A program made the position numbers and the translations under genes. 64,000 bases of DNA from a bacterium (GTDB taxonomy: Bacteria; Patescibacteriota; CPR2; UBA1875; JAJYID01), in assembly GCA_030647205.1 (NCBI GenBank), contig JAUSJO010000002.1, positions 11,261 to 75,260 on the forward strand. The letters are read 5' to 3'. Below, in pieces: positions 1 to 10,139 of the stretch. Position 1 is the stretch's first letter, and each line of letters begins with the position of its first letter. The notes under the pieces were generated by a model. That model saw nothing but the letters and a program-made list of their open reading frames with translations, was not told the origin of the DNA and did not search any database.

Positions 1-856
1 TCTTTGCGAGAGTTATGTCAGGCTGTCTTTGTTTTGGATCATCTTGTGGTAACTCTTTATAAATAATTTTACTTTTACTCTCAGGGAGCATTTTTAGAAC
101 TTTCTCAGCCAACTCTTTTATAGTAAATTCATTTGGATTTCCAGTATTTACAGGGCCGGTAAATCCTTTTTCATTATTCATCATTCTCACCATAACTTCT
201 ACCAAATCATCAATGTACTGGAAACTTCTGGTTTGTGAACCATCACCATATATAGTGATATCTTTGTTCTGTAAGGCCTGGATAATGAAATTAGAGACCA
301 CTCTTCCATCATTTGGGTCCATATTAGGCCCATATGTGTTAAATATCCTGACTATCCGAATATCTACCTTATGTTGTCTATAATAATCGAAAAATAGTGT
401 TTCAGCGCATCTTTTTCCTTCGTCATAACATGACCTTATTCCATTTGGATTAACTTTTCCCCAGTAGCTTTCATTCTGCGGGTGGACTTCTGGATCTCCA
501 TAAACTTCAGACGTCGAAGCCTGTAAAATCCTAGCCCCAGTTCGTTTAGCAAGACCTAGCATGTTTATAGCGCCAAGGACACATGTTTTTGTTGTATGTA
601 TCGGGTCAAGCTGATAATACGGTGGCGAGGCAGGACAAGCAAGATTATATATCTGATCAACATCGCTGGAAAAAGAGTTTATTATATCATGCTCAATAAT
701 TTCAAATCTTTTATTCTTTAAGAGATCATGAACAGTTTCCTCCGAACTGGTAAGAAAATTATCTAAACATAAAACTTCATGTCCTTCATCAAGAAGACGC
801 TTACACAAATTTGAGCCAACAAACCCAGTTCCACCGGTCACTAAAATCTTTTTCAT
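1..856 (-). CDS. UDP-glucuronate decarboxylase-like NAD-dependent epimerase/dehydratase (partial; C-terminus lies beyond window start)
   Basis: Not in ORF track (runs off the edge). Minus-strand ATG at about 854-856 translates [36 protein letters not shown]... (GxxGxxG Rossmann, UXS/ArnA-type extended SDR) and stays open to position 1. Confidence 0.7.
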   Translation of the reverse strand, partial: MKKILVTGGTGFVGSNLCKRLLDEGHEVLCLDNFLTSSEETVHDLLKNKRFEIIEHDIINSFSSDVDQIYNLACPASPPYYQLDPIHTTKTCVLGAINMLGLAKRTGARILQASTSEVYGDPEVHPQNESYWGKVNPNGIRSCYDEGKRCAETLFFDYYRQHKVDIRIVRIFNTYGPNMDPNDGRVVSNFIIQALQNKDITIYGDGSQTRSFQYIDDLVEVMVRMMNNEKGFTGPVNTGNPNEFTIKELAEKVLKMLPESKSKIIYKELPQDDPKQRQPDITLAK

Positions 857-1088
857 AAAACTCCTTCTTCAAATACTTCTAGTATCTTATCAATTATTAT
901 TCTTTTCCACAAATTATTCTATTTTATAGCATAAGTATTTTATGATATTATGAATAATAGAAATCAAGATGGAGCCAAAAGCTCTTTTTTGATTTGTTAT
1001 TTTTATTCCCTCTATCCAGAAAGGAGTAAAGCACTTTGAGAAGATAGGTTTGTGTTTTTGCGTGAAAATACAGAAAAGAGAGGAAAAG

Positions 1089-2480
1089 ATGCGAGCAAAA
1101 ATACATGTAGCATTCATTACACTGTTCCTGTGTGTGATAAGCTTGGTGACGACAGCACCGTTGGCACTTGCATATTCGCCAAATCCTTCAAAAATCCCGG
1201 GCGAATGTGTTTGGTGGGCGTGGGAAAGATGGCCCCAAGAAAACGGACCCCTACCAAAGGGTTCTGATTTTGGCATGACTGGTAGTGCATATCAATGGAT
1301 TTGGCTAGCTCAACACAGTGGGTTCCCCACAGGATCAGTCCCCCGAGTCGGTGCCGTTGCGGTATGGGATCAATGGTCCGCCGGCGCCAAAGGTGATGGA
1401 CACGTTGCCTACGTAGAGTCAATTAACGCTGATGGCAGATTTCTTGTCTCGGAATACAACTGGAATATTTTTCATCAAAAAGATATGCGCTGGGTGACGC
1501 CACAGGCAGGCATAAACTTCATTTCTCCAAAAGGCTCGCTTTCGCCCGTCCAACACAATCCAACAACAATCGGCCTCTATGATCCCACCACAGGCATATT
1601 CTATCTAAAAAGTAGCAATACCACAGGCAAAGCTGACACCACCTTCCAGTATGGAAACGGTGGGCGCTGGATGCCACTTAAGGGAGACTGGGATGGTGAC
1701 GGAACAACAACGATTGGGATCTATGACCCTGATACTGCTATTTTTTATCTGCGAAATAGTAACAGTTCCGGGAAAGCAGATCTCACTTTCCTTTATGGCG
1801 GTAACAGCAACTGGATACCTCTGGCCGGCGATTGGGATGGTGATGGGATAACAACCGTAGGTCTTTACGATCCTAATACTGCCACTTTCTACTTGAGAAA
1901 TAGCAATAACTCGGGAAAGGCTGATATTACATTCCTTTACGGTGGTAATAGTAACTGGATACCTCTAAATGGTGATTGGAACGGCGATGGGACAACAACG
2001 ATAGGTCTATATGACCCCGCTCAAGCCACTTTCTACCTGCGGAATAGCAACAATTCCGGGAAAGCAGAACTTACCTTTCTCTATGGTGGTAATAGTAACT
2101 GGATACCGACTAATACATTCACGCGACCCACACTGTCCCCAAGTATCCCACCCGCTCAACTAGACTTGCCCCTTTCACTAGAATTTGGCGGGGCTCGTTG
2201 GGCAAGCTACGCAGACTACCAAGCACGAGAGTTATCGGTAGATTATACTATAGCAAACGTCGGTGCGAATAATGCCTACGACGTAACGATAACCAGCAGT
2301 ACAAATACCGCTGGTGTCACCACTACCTCAACTCTACCCATGCTAGTCGGCGATATACTTCCAAACGAGGCAAAAGACATAAAACTGACGTATACCGTAC
2401 CACCTGGCATTTCCTACTTCCGCACTACACTTACTGCTAGTGCAAAGGATGCCAACAGAAACACTCACACGTACCCATAA
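1089..2480 (+). CDS. secreted CHAP-domain peptidoglycan hydrolase with four tandem FG-GAP/VCBS-like repeats
   Basis: AGGAAAAG RBS then ATG at 1089 (ORF track starts at 1050 in the same frame). Signal-peptide-like N-terminus MRAKIHVAFITLFLCVISLVTTAPLALA. CHAP-like Cys/His core (GECVWWAWERW ... GHVAYVESI ... SEYNW). Then 4 x ~48-aa repeats (GDWDGDGTTTIGIYDP..FYLRNSN.SGKAD.TFLYGGNSNWIPL). Locally GC-rich. Confidence 0.65.
   Translation: MRAKIHVAFITLFLCVISLVTTAPLALAYSPNPSKIPGECVWWAWERWPQENGPLPKGSDFGMTGSAYQWIWLAQHSGFPTGSVPRVGAVAVWDQWSAGAKGDGHVAYVESINADGRFLVSEYNWNIFHQKDMRWVTPQAGINFISPKGSLSPVQHNPTTIGLYDPTTGIFYLKSSNTTGKADTTFQYGNGGRWMPLKGDWDGDGTTTIGIYDPDTAIFYLRNSNSSGKADLTFLYGGNSNWIPLAGDWDGDGITTVGLYDPNTATFYLRNSNNSGKADITFLYGGNSNWIPLNGDWNGDGTTTIGLYDPAQATFYLRNSNNSGKAELTFLYGGNSNWIPTNTFTRPTLSPSIPPAQLDLPLSLEFGGARWASYADYQARELSVDYTIANVGANNAYDVTITSSTNTAGVTTTSTLPMLVGDILPNEAKDIKLTYTVPPGISYFRTTLTASAKDANRNTHTYP
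1560..2110 (+). repeat. four tandem ~144-bp coding repeats (FG-GAP-like units) inside the CHAP hydrolase gene
   Basis: Periodic recurrence of gatcc(c/t)a.ta.tgc... / ggtggtaatagtaactggatacc at ~144 bp spacing. The protein repeats are near-identical. Confidence 0.6.
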
Positions 2481-2540
2481 ACTCCACAAGATAAGGAGAA
2501 ACAATTTGGGCCAAGCCTCGCGGCTTGGCCCCTTTTCATT

Positions 2541-3386
2541 TTATTTATTTAAATAGTTTTTCAGAGATGAAGGCCAGTCACTTAAAGACAACCCTACTTC
2601 TTTGCTCTTTGTGAGATCTAGCGCCGAGTACGCTGGACGAGGGGCGATTTTTTTGTCTTTATTACCAGCAAAATACTCTTCTGTCGAAATCCCTGTAACT
2701 TTTGTGTTTTTACCGACAATTTTAAATATTTCTTCTGCAAAGTCAGCCCATGAGATAACATCACCGCCCCCAGTCACATTGTAAATGCCAACTTCCGGCT
2801 CTTTTTTAATGACATCATAAATCGCCTTTGCCAGATCGAGAGCATAGGTCGGTCTGCCAAACTGATCATTTACCACTTTTATCTCGTCCATTTTTCCCGA
2901 AAGGTTTAGCACCGCTTGAATAAAGTTGTTGCCCTCACCATAAACCCAAGCAGTCCGTAGGATATACCCGCCCAAAATCTCCTGAACCGCCTCTTCTCCT
3001 TCCAGCTTAGTCCTTCCATAAACGCTCTGCGGATTTGGCTCATCATCTTCTGTGTAGGGAGAGTCTTTTGTCCCGTCAAAAGTATAGTCAGTGCCTATAT
3101 AAATCATTTTCACGTCCGCTTTTTTGCACATTTGCGCCAATATCTTAGTTCCTAGGTGATTAACCTTGTCAGCGAGCTCCGGGCTTTCTTCACATCCATC
3201 AACATTTGTAAAAGCTGCCCCATGAACTAGCCAGTCGGGTTTAAAATCGTTAAATACTTTCCCAACCTGATCAACGTCAGTTATATCCATCGAGTCGGAG
3301 TCGGTCAAAAGCACTGCCTCGTCTTTTAGGACTTCTTTGAGAGCCGTTCCAAGCTGTCCATATCCGCCCGTTACAAGTATTCTCAT
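2541..3386 (-). CDS. rmlD: dTDP-4-dehydrorhamnose reductase
   Basis: MRILVTGGYGQLGTAL N-terminus, RmlD-like throughout. ATG at 3386 forms an ATGA overlap with the rmlC stop. The ORF track's GTG at 3404 is a less likely start. Confidence 0.85.
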   Translation of the reverse strand: MRILVTGGYGQLGTALKEVLKDEAVLLTDSDSMDITDVDQVGKVFNDFKPDWLVHGAAFTNVDGCEESPELADKVNHLGTKILAQMCKKADVKMIYIGTDYTFDGTKDSPYTEDDEPNPQSVYGRTKLEGEEAVQEILGGYILRTAWVYGEGNNFIQAVLNLSGKMDEIKVVNDQFGRPTYALDLAKAIYDVIKKEPEVGIYNVTGGGDVISWADFAEEIFKIVGKNTKVTGISTEEYFAGNKDKKIAPRPAYSALDLTKSKEVGLSLSDWPSSLKNYLNK

Positions 3387-3904
3387 CCGTTTTTTGGCTC
3401 CCACACTTCAGGAATAATGCAATCCCAGGTAAACTTAAGCTCATCTCCCGGATCATATACCTCAGTCTGAAAGTTTACGACAATAACTTCTGGCCGACTT
3501 AAAGCTTTCCAACCATGCATGATTCCATTTGGGATTTTTATTAACCGCGGCTGCCCCGTCCCAAGGATTATAGAGTTAACCTTGCCGAAAGTCGGCGAAT
3601 CTTTCCTGGTATCAACCATTACAACCTGCAGCTTGCCTCTTGTTACCGTGAACTGGTCGATATGAATTTCGTGTAGATGCCAGCATTTGGTCACACCATA
3701 GTCGGTTGCGCTCTGGTAGCAATGCTTGGGCACCATCAAGTTTTCATTTTCCACCCACGGCAGACTCCAGAGCTCGATGACATCGCCTCTTCCATCAATT
3801 ATCGACTTTAACTCCTTAACGATAACGCCGTCGATCAAATCTCTTGATACTTCAAATTTTTGTTCTTTTAGCCAGTCTTCTGTAACATGTCCGGTCAAAC
3901 TCAT
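3383..3904 (-). CDS. rmlC: dTDP-4-dehydrorhamnose 3,5-epimerase (cupin)
   Basis: Cupin-fold RmlC motifs (HLHEIHIDQFTVTRGKLQVVMVDTRKDSPTFGK). In the rml operon. Confidence 0.75.
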   Translation of the reverse strand: MSLTGHVTEDWLKEQKFEVSRDLIDGVIVKELKSIIDGRGDVIELWSLPWVENENLMVPKHCYQSATDYGVTKCWHLHEIHIDQFTVTRGKLQVVMVDTRKDSPTFGKVNSIILGTGQPRLIKIPNGIMHGWKALSRPEVIVVNFQTEVYDPGDELKFTWDCIIPEVWEPKNG

Positions 3905-4911
3905 AGTCTTTCTCCATATTGTTTTTCATAATATTTTTGGTACTCGCCGCTCAAAATATTTTGGATCCAGTCCGCATTGTCGAGATTCCACTTGATGGTT
4001 TTCTCAATGCCTTCGTCAAACGTAACTCTCGGTTTCCAACCAAGTTCTTTCGTAATTTTTGAGTGGTCAATCGCATATCTTCTATCGTGCCCCGGCCTAT
4101 CCTTCACAAATGTCATCAAGCTCTCCGGTTTTTCCAGTGATTTTAAGATTGTTTCCGCCATTTGGTTGATGCTTCTTTCACTGTCTCCGCCGACACAGTA
4201 TGTCTCTTGAGATTTTCCCTTTTCGAGAACCAGGGCGATAGCCTCACAATGGTCGTCAACATAGAGATAGTCTCGGATATACTCACCGTCTCCGTAAATT
4301 GGGAGGGGTTTATCTTCTCTGGCGTTGGCCACAAAAAGAGGGATCATTTTTTCCGGAAACTGATACGGGCCATAGTTGTTTGAACAGTTTGTAATCGTAT
4401 ATTCAAGGTCAAAAGTATCACCATACGCTCTAACAAGATGATCAGAAGACGCCTTTGAGGCAGAGTATGGACTGTGCGGATCATACGGAGTATTTTCATC
4501 GAATTTTTTGCCGCCGTCTAGGCCTAGAGCGCCGTAAACTTCGTCGGTTGAAACGTGGTGAAATCTTTTGATCTTGTTTTCAAGCGCCGCCTGAAGCATC
4601 ACTTGCGTGCCCACAACATTTGTTTGGATAAACACGCCGGGCTCAAGAACCGACCGGTCAACATGGGACTCAGCCGCAAAGTGAACAACATAGTCAACCT
4701 TACTCATTAAATCATTAACCAGTTTTGGGTCGCAAATATCGCCTTGAACAAACTCGTAACGAGAGTTGTCCTCTAGGCTTTTTAGACTCTCCAAATTACC
4801 GGCATAAGTCAGTTTGTCTAGATTTATAATATCCCAATCGCGGTTTTTCAAAACCCAATGTATAAAGTTCGCGCCTATAAACCCCGCGCCACCCGTAACT
4901 AACACTTTCAT
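3901..4911 (-). CDS. rmlB: dTDP-glucose 4,6-dehydratase
   Basis: MKVLVTGGAGFIGANF ... YxxxK SDR. Classic RfbB similarity. Confidence 0.9.
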   Translation of the reverse strand: MKVLVTGGAGFIGANFIHWVLKNRDWDIINLDKLTYAGNLESLKSLEDNSRYEFVQGDICDPKLVNDLMSKVDYVVHFAAESHVDRSVLEPGVFIQTNVVGTQVMLQAALENKIKRFHHVSTDEVYGALGLDGGKKFDENTPYDPHSPYSASKASSDHLVRAYGDTFDLEYTITNCSNNYGPYQFPEKMIPLFVANAREDKPLPIYGDGEYIRDYLYVDDHCEAIALVLEKGKSQETYCVGGDSERSINQMAETILKSLEKPESLMTFVKDRPGHDRRYAIDHSKITKELGWKPRVTFDEGIEKTIKWNLDNADWIQNILSGEYQKYYEKQYGERL

Positions 4912-4915
4912 AAAA

Positions 4916-5638
4916 CTATTTCCCTTTCTTTTTAGCTTTCTCGGCCATTAGATTAGCCGCTCTTAGCAAACTATCAAATGTCCCTGCGTCTTCCCAAATA
5001 CCCTCAATAACATCAACGCTTAGCTCGCCTTTCTTTAAATAAATGTTATTTAAGTCTGTTATCTCCAACTCTCCTCTCTCGGAACGTTTCTGATTTTCAA
5101 CAAACTTAACTACTCGATTATCATAAGTATAAAGCCCAACAACAGCATAGTTGCTCTTTGGTTTTTTGGGTTTTTCTTCTATTGATAATGCGTTCATTTT
5201 TTCATCAAACTCAACCACTCCATATCTCTCTGGATCGTGCACCTCTTTTGCATATATTTTTGCACCACCCTTAAAGTTTTTAATCTGGCTTGAGAAGTCA
5301 TGATCAAAGATATTATCACCCAAGATTAAGGTGACGTCATCATCGTCAACAAAGTCTTTCCCATAAAGAAAGGCTTCTGCCAGACCGCCGGGATTTGGCT
5401 GCACCACAAAACTAAAGTGCGCCCCAAAATCTTTTCCTGTACCCAGCAAATTTAAGTAATGGCCTGCAAACTCTGGCGAAACAATGACTAAAATTTCTGT
5501 AATTCCTGCTTTAACCAAGGTTTCAATGGGATAGTAAATCATTGGTTTGTTATAAACCGGTAAGAGCTGTTTGGAAGTTACCCAAGTAAGCGGTCTGAGC
5601 CTGGTTGCGCTTCCTCCGGCTAAAATTATCCCCTTCAT
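4916..5638 (-). CDS. rmlA: glucose-1-phosphate thymidylyltransferase, short form
   Basis: MKGIILAGGSATRLRPLT nucleotidyltransferase motif. 240 aa short-form enzyme at the head of rmlBCD. Confidence 0.7.
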   Translation of the reverse strand: MKGIILAGGSATRLRPLTWVTSKQLLPVYNKPMIYYPIETLVKAGITEILVIVSPEFAGHYLNLLGTGKDFGAHFSFVVQPNPGGLAEAFLYGKDFVDDDDVTLILGDNIFDHDFSSQIKNFKGGAKIYAKEVHDPERYGVVEFDEKMNALSIEEKPKKPKSNYAVVGLYTYDNRVVKFVENQKRSERGELEITDLNNIYLKKGELSVDVIEGIWEDAGTFDSLLRAANLMAEKAKKKGK

Positions 5639-5640
5639 TT

Positions 5641-6519
5641 TTATCTCCCTACTATCTCTTTTAAATACTCCTCAAACTCGCCGTTTAACTCTTCGTGTTT
5701 TAGCGCCATTTGGACTGTCGCTTTTAAAAAGCCGAGCTTGTCACCAGTGTCTAGCCACTCGCCTTCCAGCGTCTTACCATAAAGCGGTTTGCCACGCTCT
5801 AGCATAATCTCAAAAGCGTCTATGAGTCTTATCTCTCCGGATTTGCCCTCTTCCATATTCTCTAAGATAGTAAAGACATCTGGAGTAATAATATATTTCC
5901 CCACCGCAACCAGATTAGACGGCGCAACATCAGGTTCAGGTTTTTCAACTAACCCCTTAATCTCATATGCATCTTCGGCGACTTTTGTGCCATCAATAAC
6001 ACCAAACTTTTTTACTTCCTCTTTCGGAACCTCACTCAAACCGATGATTGGACCGTTATATTTTTTAAAGGCATCAATAAGCTGTTTTGAGGCCGGAACC
6101 TTACTGTCGTAGATACAGTCACCGAACATTACAAGAACAGGCTCATCATTAAAAAGATGTGCCGCCTGCAGGAGTGCGTGCCCATCTCCGAGTGGCATAG
6201 GCTGGCGAACGTAGGAAAACTTTGCTAGCTCCGAGATTCCCCGAACCGCCTCAAGCAGGTCTTTTTTGTTTTTCTCGACGAGAGTATCTTCTAGTTCATA
6301 TGACACGTCAAAGTGATCCTCGATGGCCCTTTTGCCCCGGCCCGTAACGAAAACTATCTCTTCGATGCCTGAGGCAACCGCCTCTTCCACAAGATACTGA
6401 ATGACCGGCTTATCAACGATTGGCATCATTTCTTTTGGCATAGATTTGGTTGCAGGAAGAAACCTGGTTCCAAAACCCGCCACCGGCAACACTGCTTTCT
6501 TGACAACCTTTCCGCTCAT
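5641..6519 (-). CDS. galU: UTP--glucose-1-phosphate uridylyltransferase
   Basis: KAVLPVAGFGTRFLPATKSMPKEMMPIVDKPVIQY is a GalU signature. Confidence 0.85.
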   Translation of the reverse strand: MSGKVVKKAVLPVAGFGTRFLPATKSMPKEMMPIVDKPVIQYLVEEAVASGIEEIVFVTGRGKRAIEDHFDVSYELEDTLVEKNKKDLLEAVRGISELAKFSYVRQPMPLGDGHALLQAAHLFNDEPVLVMFGDCIYDSKVPASKQLIDAFKKYNGPIIGLSEVPKEEVKKFGVIDGTKVAEDAYEIKGLVEKPEPDVAPSNLVAVGKYIITPDVFTILENMEEGKSGEIRLIDAFEIMLERGKPLYGKTLEGEWLDTGDKLGFLKATVQMALKHEELNGEFEEYLKEIVGR

Positions 6520-6990
6520 TTATTTTGCCGTCCCTTTTGTTATAAAAATTCTTCTCTCTGTTCCAACTCCTTCAGAATAACTGGTAACACCGCTTACTTC
6601 CGCCGCTCTTTGATGCGCCAGCATCCTTTCATATGGATTCATCGGCGGTAGCATTTCTTCCATCCCGGTTTCTTTAACCTTCTTGATAGCCGCATCTACC
6701 ATGCCTTCTATTCTTTTTTCTTTATCTTTTAAGTACCCACCAACATCAATGGTTAAAGATGTGTCCTCGGGTAAGTCCTCGCGGCAAACAAGAGCAAGCA
6801 CATATCTTAAGGCGAATAGATTTTCTCCTCTATACCCTATGAGTAGCGCCTTGTCGGAAGAGTCTATTGAGACAACTATCCTTCCCTCCTTCGCAGACAC
6901 ATTGGCTTTATGGTCCACGCTCAAAAGAGAGAGAACCTTATCAACTTTTTCTTTTACCTTTTTAATTGTACCTACACTTATACTAGCCAT
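6520..6990 (-). CDS. jag: Jag/KhpB-like R3H-domain RNA-binding protein
   Basis: KH/R3H-like C-terminus. Conserved position immediately downstream of yidC. Confidence 0.65.
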   Translation of the reverse strand: MASISVGTIKKVKEKVDKVLSLLSVDHKANVSAKEGRIVVSIDSSDKALLIGYRGENLFALRYVLALVCREDLPEDTSLTIDVGGYLKDKEKRIEGMVDAAIKKVKETGMEEMLPPMNPYERMLAHQRAAEVSGVTSYSEGVGTERRIFITKGTAK

Positions 6991-7765
6991 TTCTTTTTTT
7001 GATTTTTAAATGTTCAAGTAAACCAACTTCTTTATGCATTATCAACCACTGTTGGTATGCAGCTATTGCTGTAGATGCTGCCCAATAGAGAGGTAGGGCT
7101 GCGGGAAGGCTGACCGAAATAACAATTGTAATTAAGGGAAACAGGTAAACCATTTTTGCCATCATCTGTTGCTGCGAGTCTTGTGGCTTACTTGGTGTCA
7201 TCAACTTGGTCTGTATGAACTGAGTAGCACCGGCCAAAATTCCAAGGATTAGATTTGGCTTAGCCAAATCAACTATACCAAAGAGTGATGTGTTTAGTGA
7301 TCCTCCGGCACCGATAACGCTCTTTACTGTTGGGATTTTTTCAACGAACGAGTAGAGCTGGGTAAGGATACCCTTAGACGCGTCTGTAAGTTGAATAAAG
7401 TTAGGATCTTTGAATTTTATAAAAACATAATATAGACCAAAGAGAATTGGAAGCTGAAGCAAGGTCGGAAGACAGGAAGAAAACGGGTTTATCTCCTTCT
7501 CTTTATATAGCTCTGTCATGGCTTTTTGCAGAGCCTGGGGATTATTCTTGTTTTTGCTTTTGATCTTCTCTATTTCCGGCTGCAAAGCTTTCAGGGCTTT
7601 TTGGCTGTGAAGTGCCTTAGCAGAAAGAGGCCAGAGAATTCCTCGGACAACGACTGTAATAGCAATCACCGCCAAGCCAAAATCATGAGTAGGAATGATA
7701 CTATAAAGAACAATCAGCAGATTTAAAAGCGGTTGAATTATTATTGAGTTAAAAATATTACCCAT
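6983..7765 (-). CDS. yidC: membrane protein insertase YidC (short form)
   Basis: Multi-TM, with YidC/Oxa1 motifs. Conserved yidD-yidC-jag arrangement. Confidence 0.8.
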   Translation of the reverse strand: MGNIFNSIIIQPLLNLLIVLYSIIPTHDFGLAVIAITVVVRGILWPLSAKALHSQKALKALQPEIEKIKSKNKNNPQALQKAMTELYKEKEINPFSSCLPTLLQLPILFGLYYVFIKFKDPNFIQLTDASKGILTQLYSFVEKIPTVKSVIGAGGSLNTSLFGIVDLAKPNLILGILAGATQFIQTKLMTPSKPQDSQQQMMAKMVYLFPLITIVISVSLPAALPLYWAASTAIAAYQQWLIMHKEVGLLEHLKIKKRNG

Positions 7766-7790
7766 CTGTCTCCTTTGTTATAACCTTAAT

Positions 7791-8024
7791 TTATTTTACC
7801 GGATCGTCTCCACCCTTGTTGAATGGGTTACATCTCAAAATCCGCCACGTGCCCATTGCTCCGCCTTTTATAATACCGTATTTTTCGACTGCTTGGTAGG
7901 TGTATTCGGAGCAGGTCGGCTGAAAACGGCAGTATCCATACGGAAACTTTGCCTTTAGGGGACCATGGTCCGGCGAAAGCGTCTTTTGATAAAGTCGGAT
8001 TAGAAAAAGTGCCGGTTTTCTCAT
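7791..8024 (-). CDS. yidD: membrane protein insertion efficiency factor YidD
   Basis: [19 protein letters not shown]...CNPF signature. Confidence 0.85.
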   Translation of the reverse strand: MRKPALFLIRLYQKTLSPDHGPLKAKFPYGYCRFQPTCSEYTYQAVEKYGIIKGGAMGTWRILRCNPFNKGGDDPVK

Positions 8025-8365
8025 TTTAATACTCCTGCTTTTTCTAGCGTTTTTTTCAGTTCAGCTTTAACAGCTTCTATCTTGGGCTCCTGAGTATTTG
8101 TTTTTTTCACAAATAGCACAATATCGAGCCCGGGGCAGATATCGTTATATATACCCCTTACGACTTCACGGAAAATACGTTTTGCGCGGTTTCTCTCAGT
8201 TGCTTTTTTTGAAAATTTCTTCCCAACAACAACCCCGATCTTTGTAATTTGAGATCTGTTTTGTACAAAGCTTATATTAAAAGATGCAGACGTTGCCCTT
8301 TTGCCCTTTTGATAGGCACGGTCAAAATCACGACTTTTTACTAAGCGTTTTTCCCGTGATAACAC
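8021..8365 (-). CDS. rnpA: ribonuclease P protein component
   Basis: Basic 114-aa protein between rpmH and yidD. RnpA-like. Confidence 0.8.
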   Translation of the reverse strand: MLSREKRLVKSRDFDRAYQKGKRATSASFNISFVQNRSQITKIGVVVGKKFSKKATERNRAKRIFREVVRGIYNDICPGLDIVLFVKKTNTQEPKIEAVKAELKKTLEKAGVLK

Positions 8366-8375
8366 GACTGGCCCC

Positions 8376-8510
8376 TTACGCCGTTAGTTTGGCTCTGCCT
8401 TTTTGCCGTCTTCTCGCCAAAACATTGCGCCCGGCCTTGGTCGCCATTCTTTTAAGAAATCCGTGTCTTTTTTGTCTTTTTGCCTTTTTCGGCTGGAATG
8501 TTCTTTTCAT
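8376..8510 (-). CDS. rpmH: 50S ribosomal protein L34
   Basis: Missed by the ORF track (44 aa). Minus-strand AAGGAGAGAG-ATG reads [44 protein letters not shown] then TAA. Confidence 0.85.
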   Translation of the reverse strand: MKRTFQPKKAKRQKRHGFLKRMATKAGRNVLARRRQKGRAKLTA

Positions 8511-8539
8511 CTCTCTCCTTTATTCTAGATTTTTCAGTC

Positions 8540-8789
8540 TCTTGACTTATCCAGTGTAGCTTAAAACTCACATTTAGTCAATTTTATAAGCACGCGCCTG
8601 GCCACTGCTGTGGAAAAATAAACCGCCCAAATTCCCCTTGTGTATAACTCTGTTTTCCGCTATACTCCCTTTATACGAAGCAGGTGGGTGAGCGCAAACT
8701 GATATAACTAAATATTTTAATTTACGGAGTGTTTATAACAAGCAGCCGTATTTATTTTCTTTACCAAAATTATTTAACGAAGGCATCAT
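8540..8789. promoter_or_regulatory. putative oriC segment / dnaA upstream region with DnaA-box-like 9-mers
   Basis: TGTGGAAAA (~8609), TGTGTATAA (~8639) and TTATCCAGT (~8549), each within 1-2 mismatches of TTATCCACA/TGTGGATAA. AT-rich. Sits between rpmH and dnaA. Confidence 0.4.
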
Positions 8790-10139
8790 ATGGATAATCA
8801 AAGTTTGTGGCAAGCAGCCTTAGGAGAACTCGAGTTAACTCTATCAAAAGCTAACTTTACAACGTGGTTTAGGGGAACCTCCATAATCTCTCAGGAAAGT
8901 GGCGAGATTATTATTAGTGTGCCCAATGTCTTTACCAAGGAGTGGCTGGAAAATAAATATAACTCTCAGATCAAAGAAACCCTGGAACATGTCACCGGAC
9001 CTATTTCAAAAATCATCTATAAAGTCGGCCAACCCGAAACCTTGAAAAAAGAGATTGTTGAGTCTGCAGCCGAGAGAGACATGGATATTGAAATAGAAGA
9101 CGCGCCCGAGGTTTTGGATAACTTAAATCCAAAGTATATCTTCGATGATTTCGTCGTTGGAGAAACCAACAAGCTTGCTTTTGCCGCCTGCCAGTCTGTG
9201 GCGAAAAAGCCCGGAACAGCCTATAACCCTCTTTTTGTTTATGGCGGGGTGGGCTTGGGAAAAACTCATCTTATCCAGGCCATAGGCAACCAAATGAAAA
9301 AGGCGGATCCCAAGAAAAAAGTAGAGTACGTAACAAGCGAGAAGTTTACTAGTGATTTTATTTCCTCTATTTCAGAAAAGAGAACCAACTCATTTAAAGA
9401 TAAGTATAGAAAGGTTGATATTTTAATAGTTGATGATATGCAGTTTTTGGCAGGGAAAGAGCAGACCCAGGAAGAGTTTTTCCATACCTTTAACGCTCTT
9501 CATCAGGCAAACAAGCAAGTTATTCTAGCTTCAGACCGTCCGCCAAAGGCCATCCCAACCCTTGAAGAAAGGCTACGTTCAAGGTTTGAATGGGGGCTAC
9601 TTGTAGACATACAGCCACCGGAAGTTGAAACCCGCATTGCTATCTTACAAAAGAAAGCGAGGCTTAAAGGCTATGAACTTCCTCTTGAAATTTATGATTA
9701 CATTGCCAGAAACATACAGCACAATGTCCGCGAGCTTGAAGGTGCCTTAAATAGAATTATTGCCTACTCCGAACTTAATAATAAAAAACCTGACATGGCT
9801 CTGGCTCAAAATATTTTAGGGAATCTTCTCTCAAATCCCAAAAGGAAAGCTCTGACGGGTAGGAAAATTATGGAGAAAGTAGCTGACTTTTTTGATATTT
9901 CTATGACCGACCTTACGAGCAAGAAAAGAGACAAGGAGATTGTTTTGCCTCGGCAGATTGCCATGTATTTAATGCGTGAAGAGCTAAGCCTATCCTATCC
10001 AAAAATATCCAAAGAAGCCGGGAAGAATGATCACACAACAGCTATGCACGCCTGTACAAAAATAGAAAAGGAAATGGATAAGGACGAGCCTTTAAGACAC
10101 AATATCAACTTAATCAAGGAGCGTCTGTATATTAACTAG
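8790..10139 (+). CDS. dnaA: chromosomal replication initiator DnaA
   Basis: Walker A GGVGLGKTHL, AAA+ domain, C-terminal DNA-binding helix-turn-helix. Confidence 0.95.
   Translation: MDNQSLWQAALGELELTLSKANFTTWFRGTSIISQESGEIIISVPNVFTKEWLENKYNSQIKETLEHVTGPISKIIYKVGQPETLKKEIVESAAERDMDIEIEDAPEVLDNLNPKYIFDDFVVGETNKLAFAACQSVAKKPGTAYNPLFVYGGVGLGKTHLIQAIGNQMKKADPKKKVEYVTSEKFTSDFISSISEKRTNSFKDKYRKVDILIVDDMQFLAGKEQTQEEFFHTFNALHQANKQVILASDRPPKAIPTLEERLRSRFEWGLLVDIQPPEVETRIAILQKKARLKGYELPLEIYDYIARNIQHNVRELEGALNRIIAYSELNNKKPDMALAQNILGNLLSNPKRKALTGRKIMEKVADFFDISMTDLTSKKRDKEIVLPRQIAMYLMREELSLSYPKISKEAGKNDHTTAMHACTKIEKEMDKDEPLRHNINLIKERLYIN

Noticed and set aside
1050-1088. Upstream extension of the CHAP hydrolase ORF (MCFCVKIQKREEK)
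   Set aside because: No RBS. The ATG at 1089 has an RBS and starts a canonical signal peptide.
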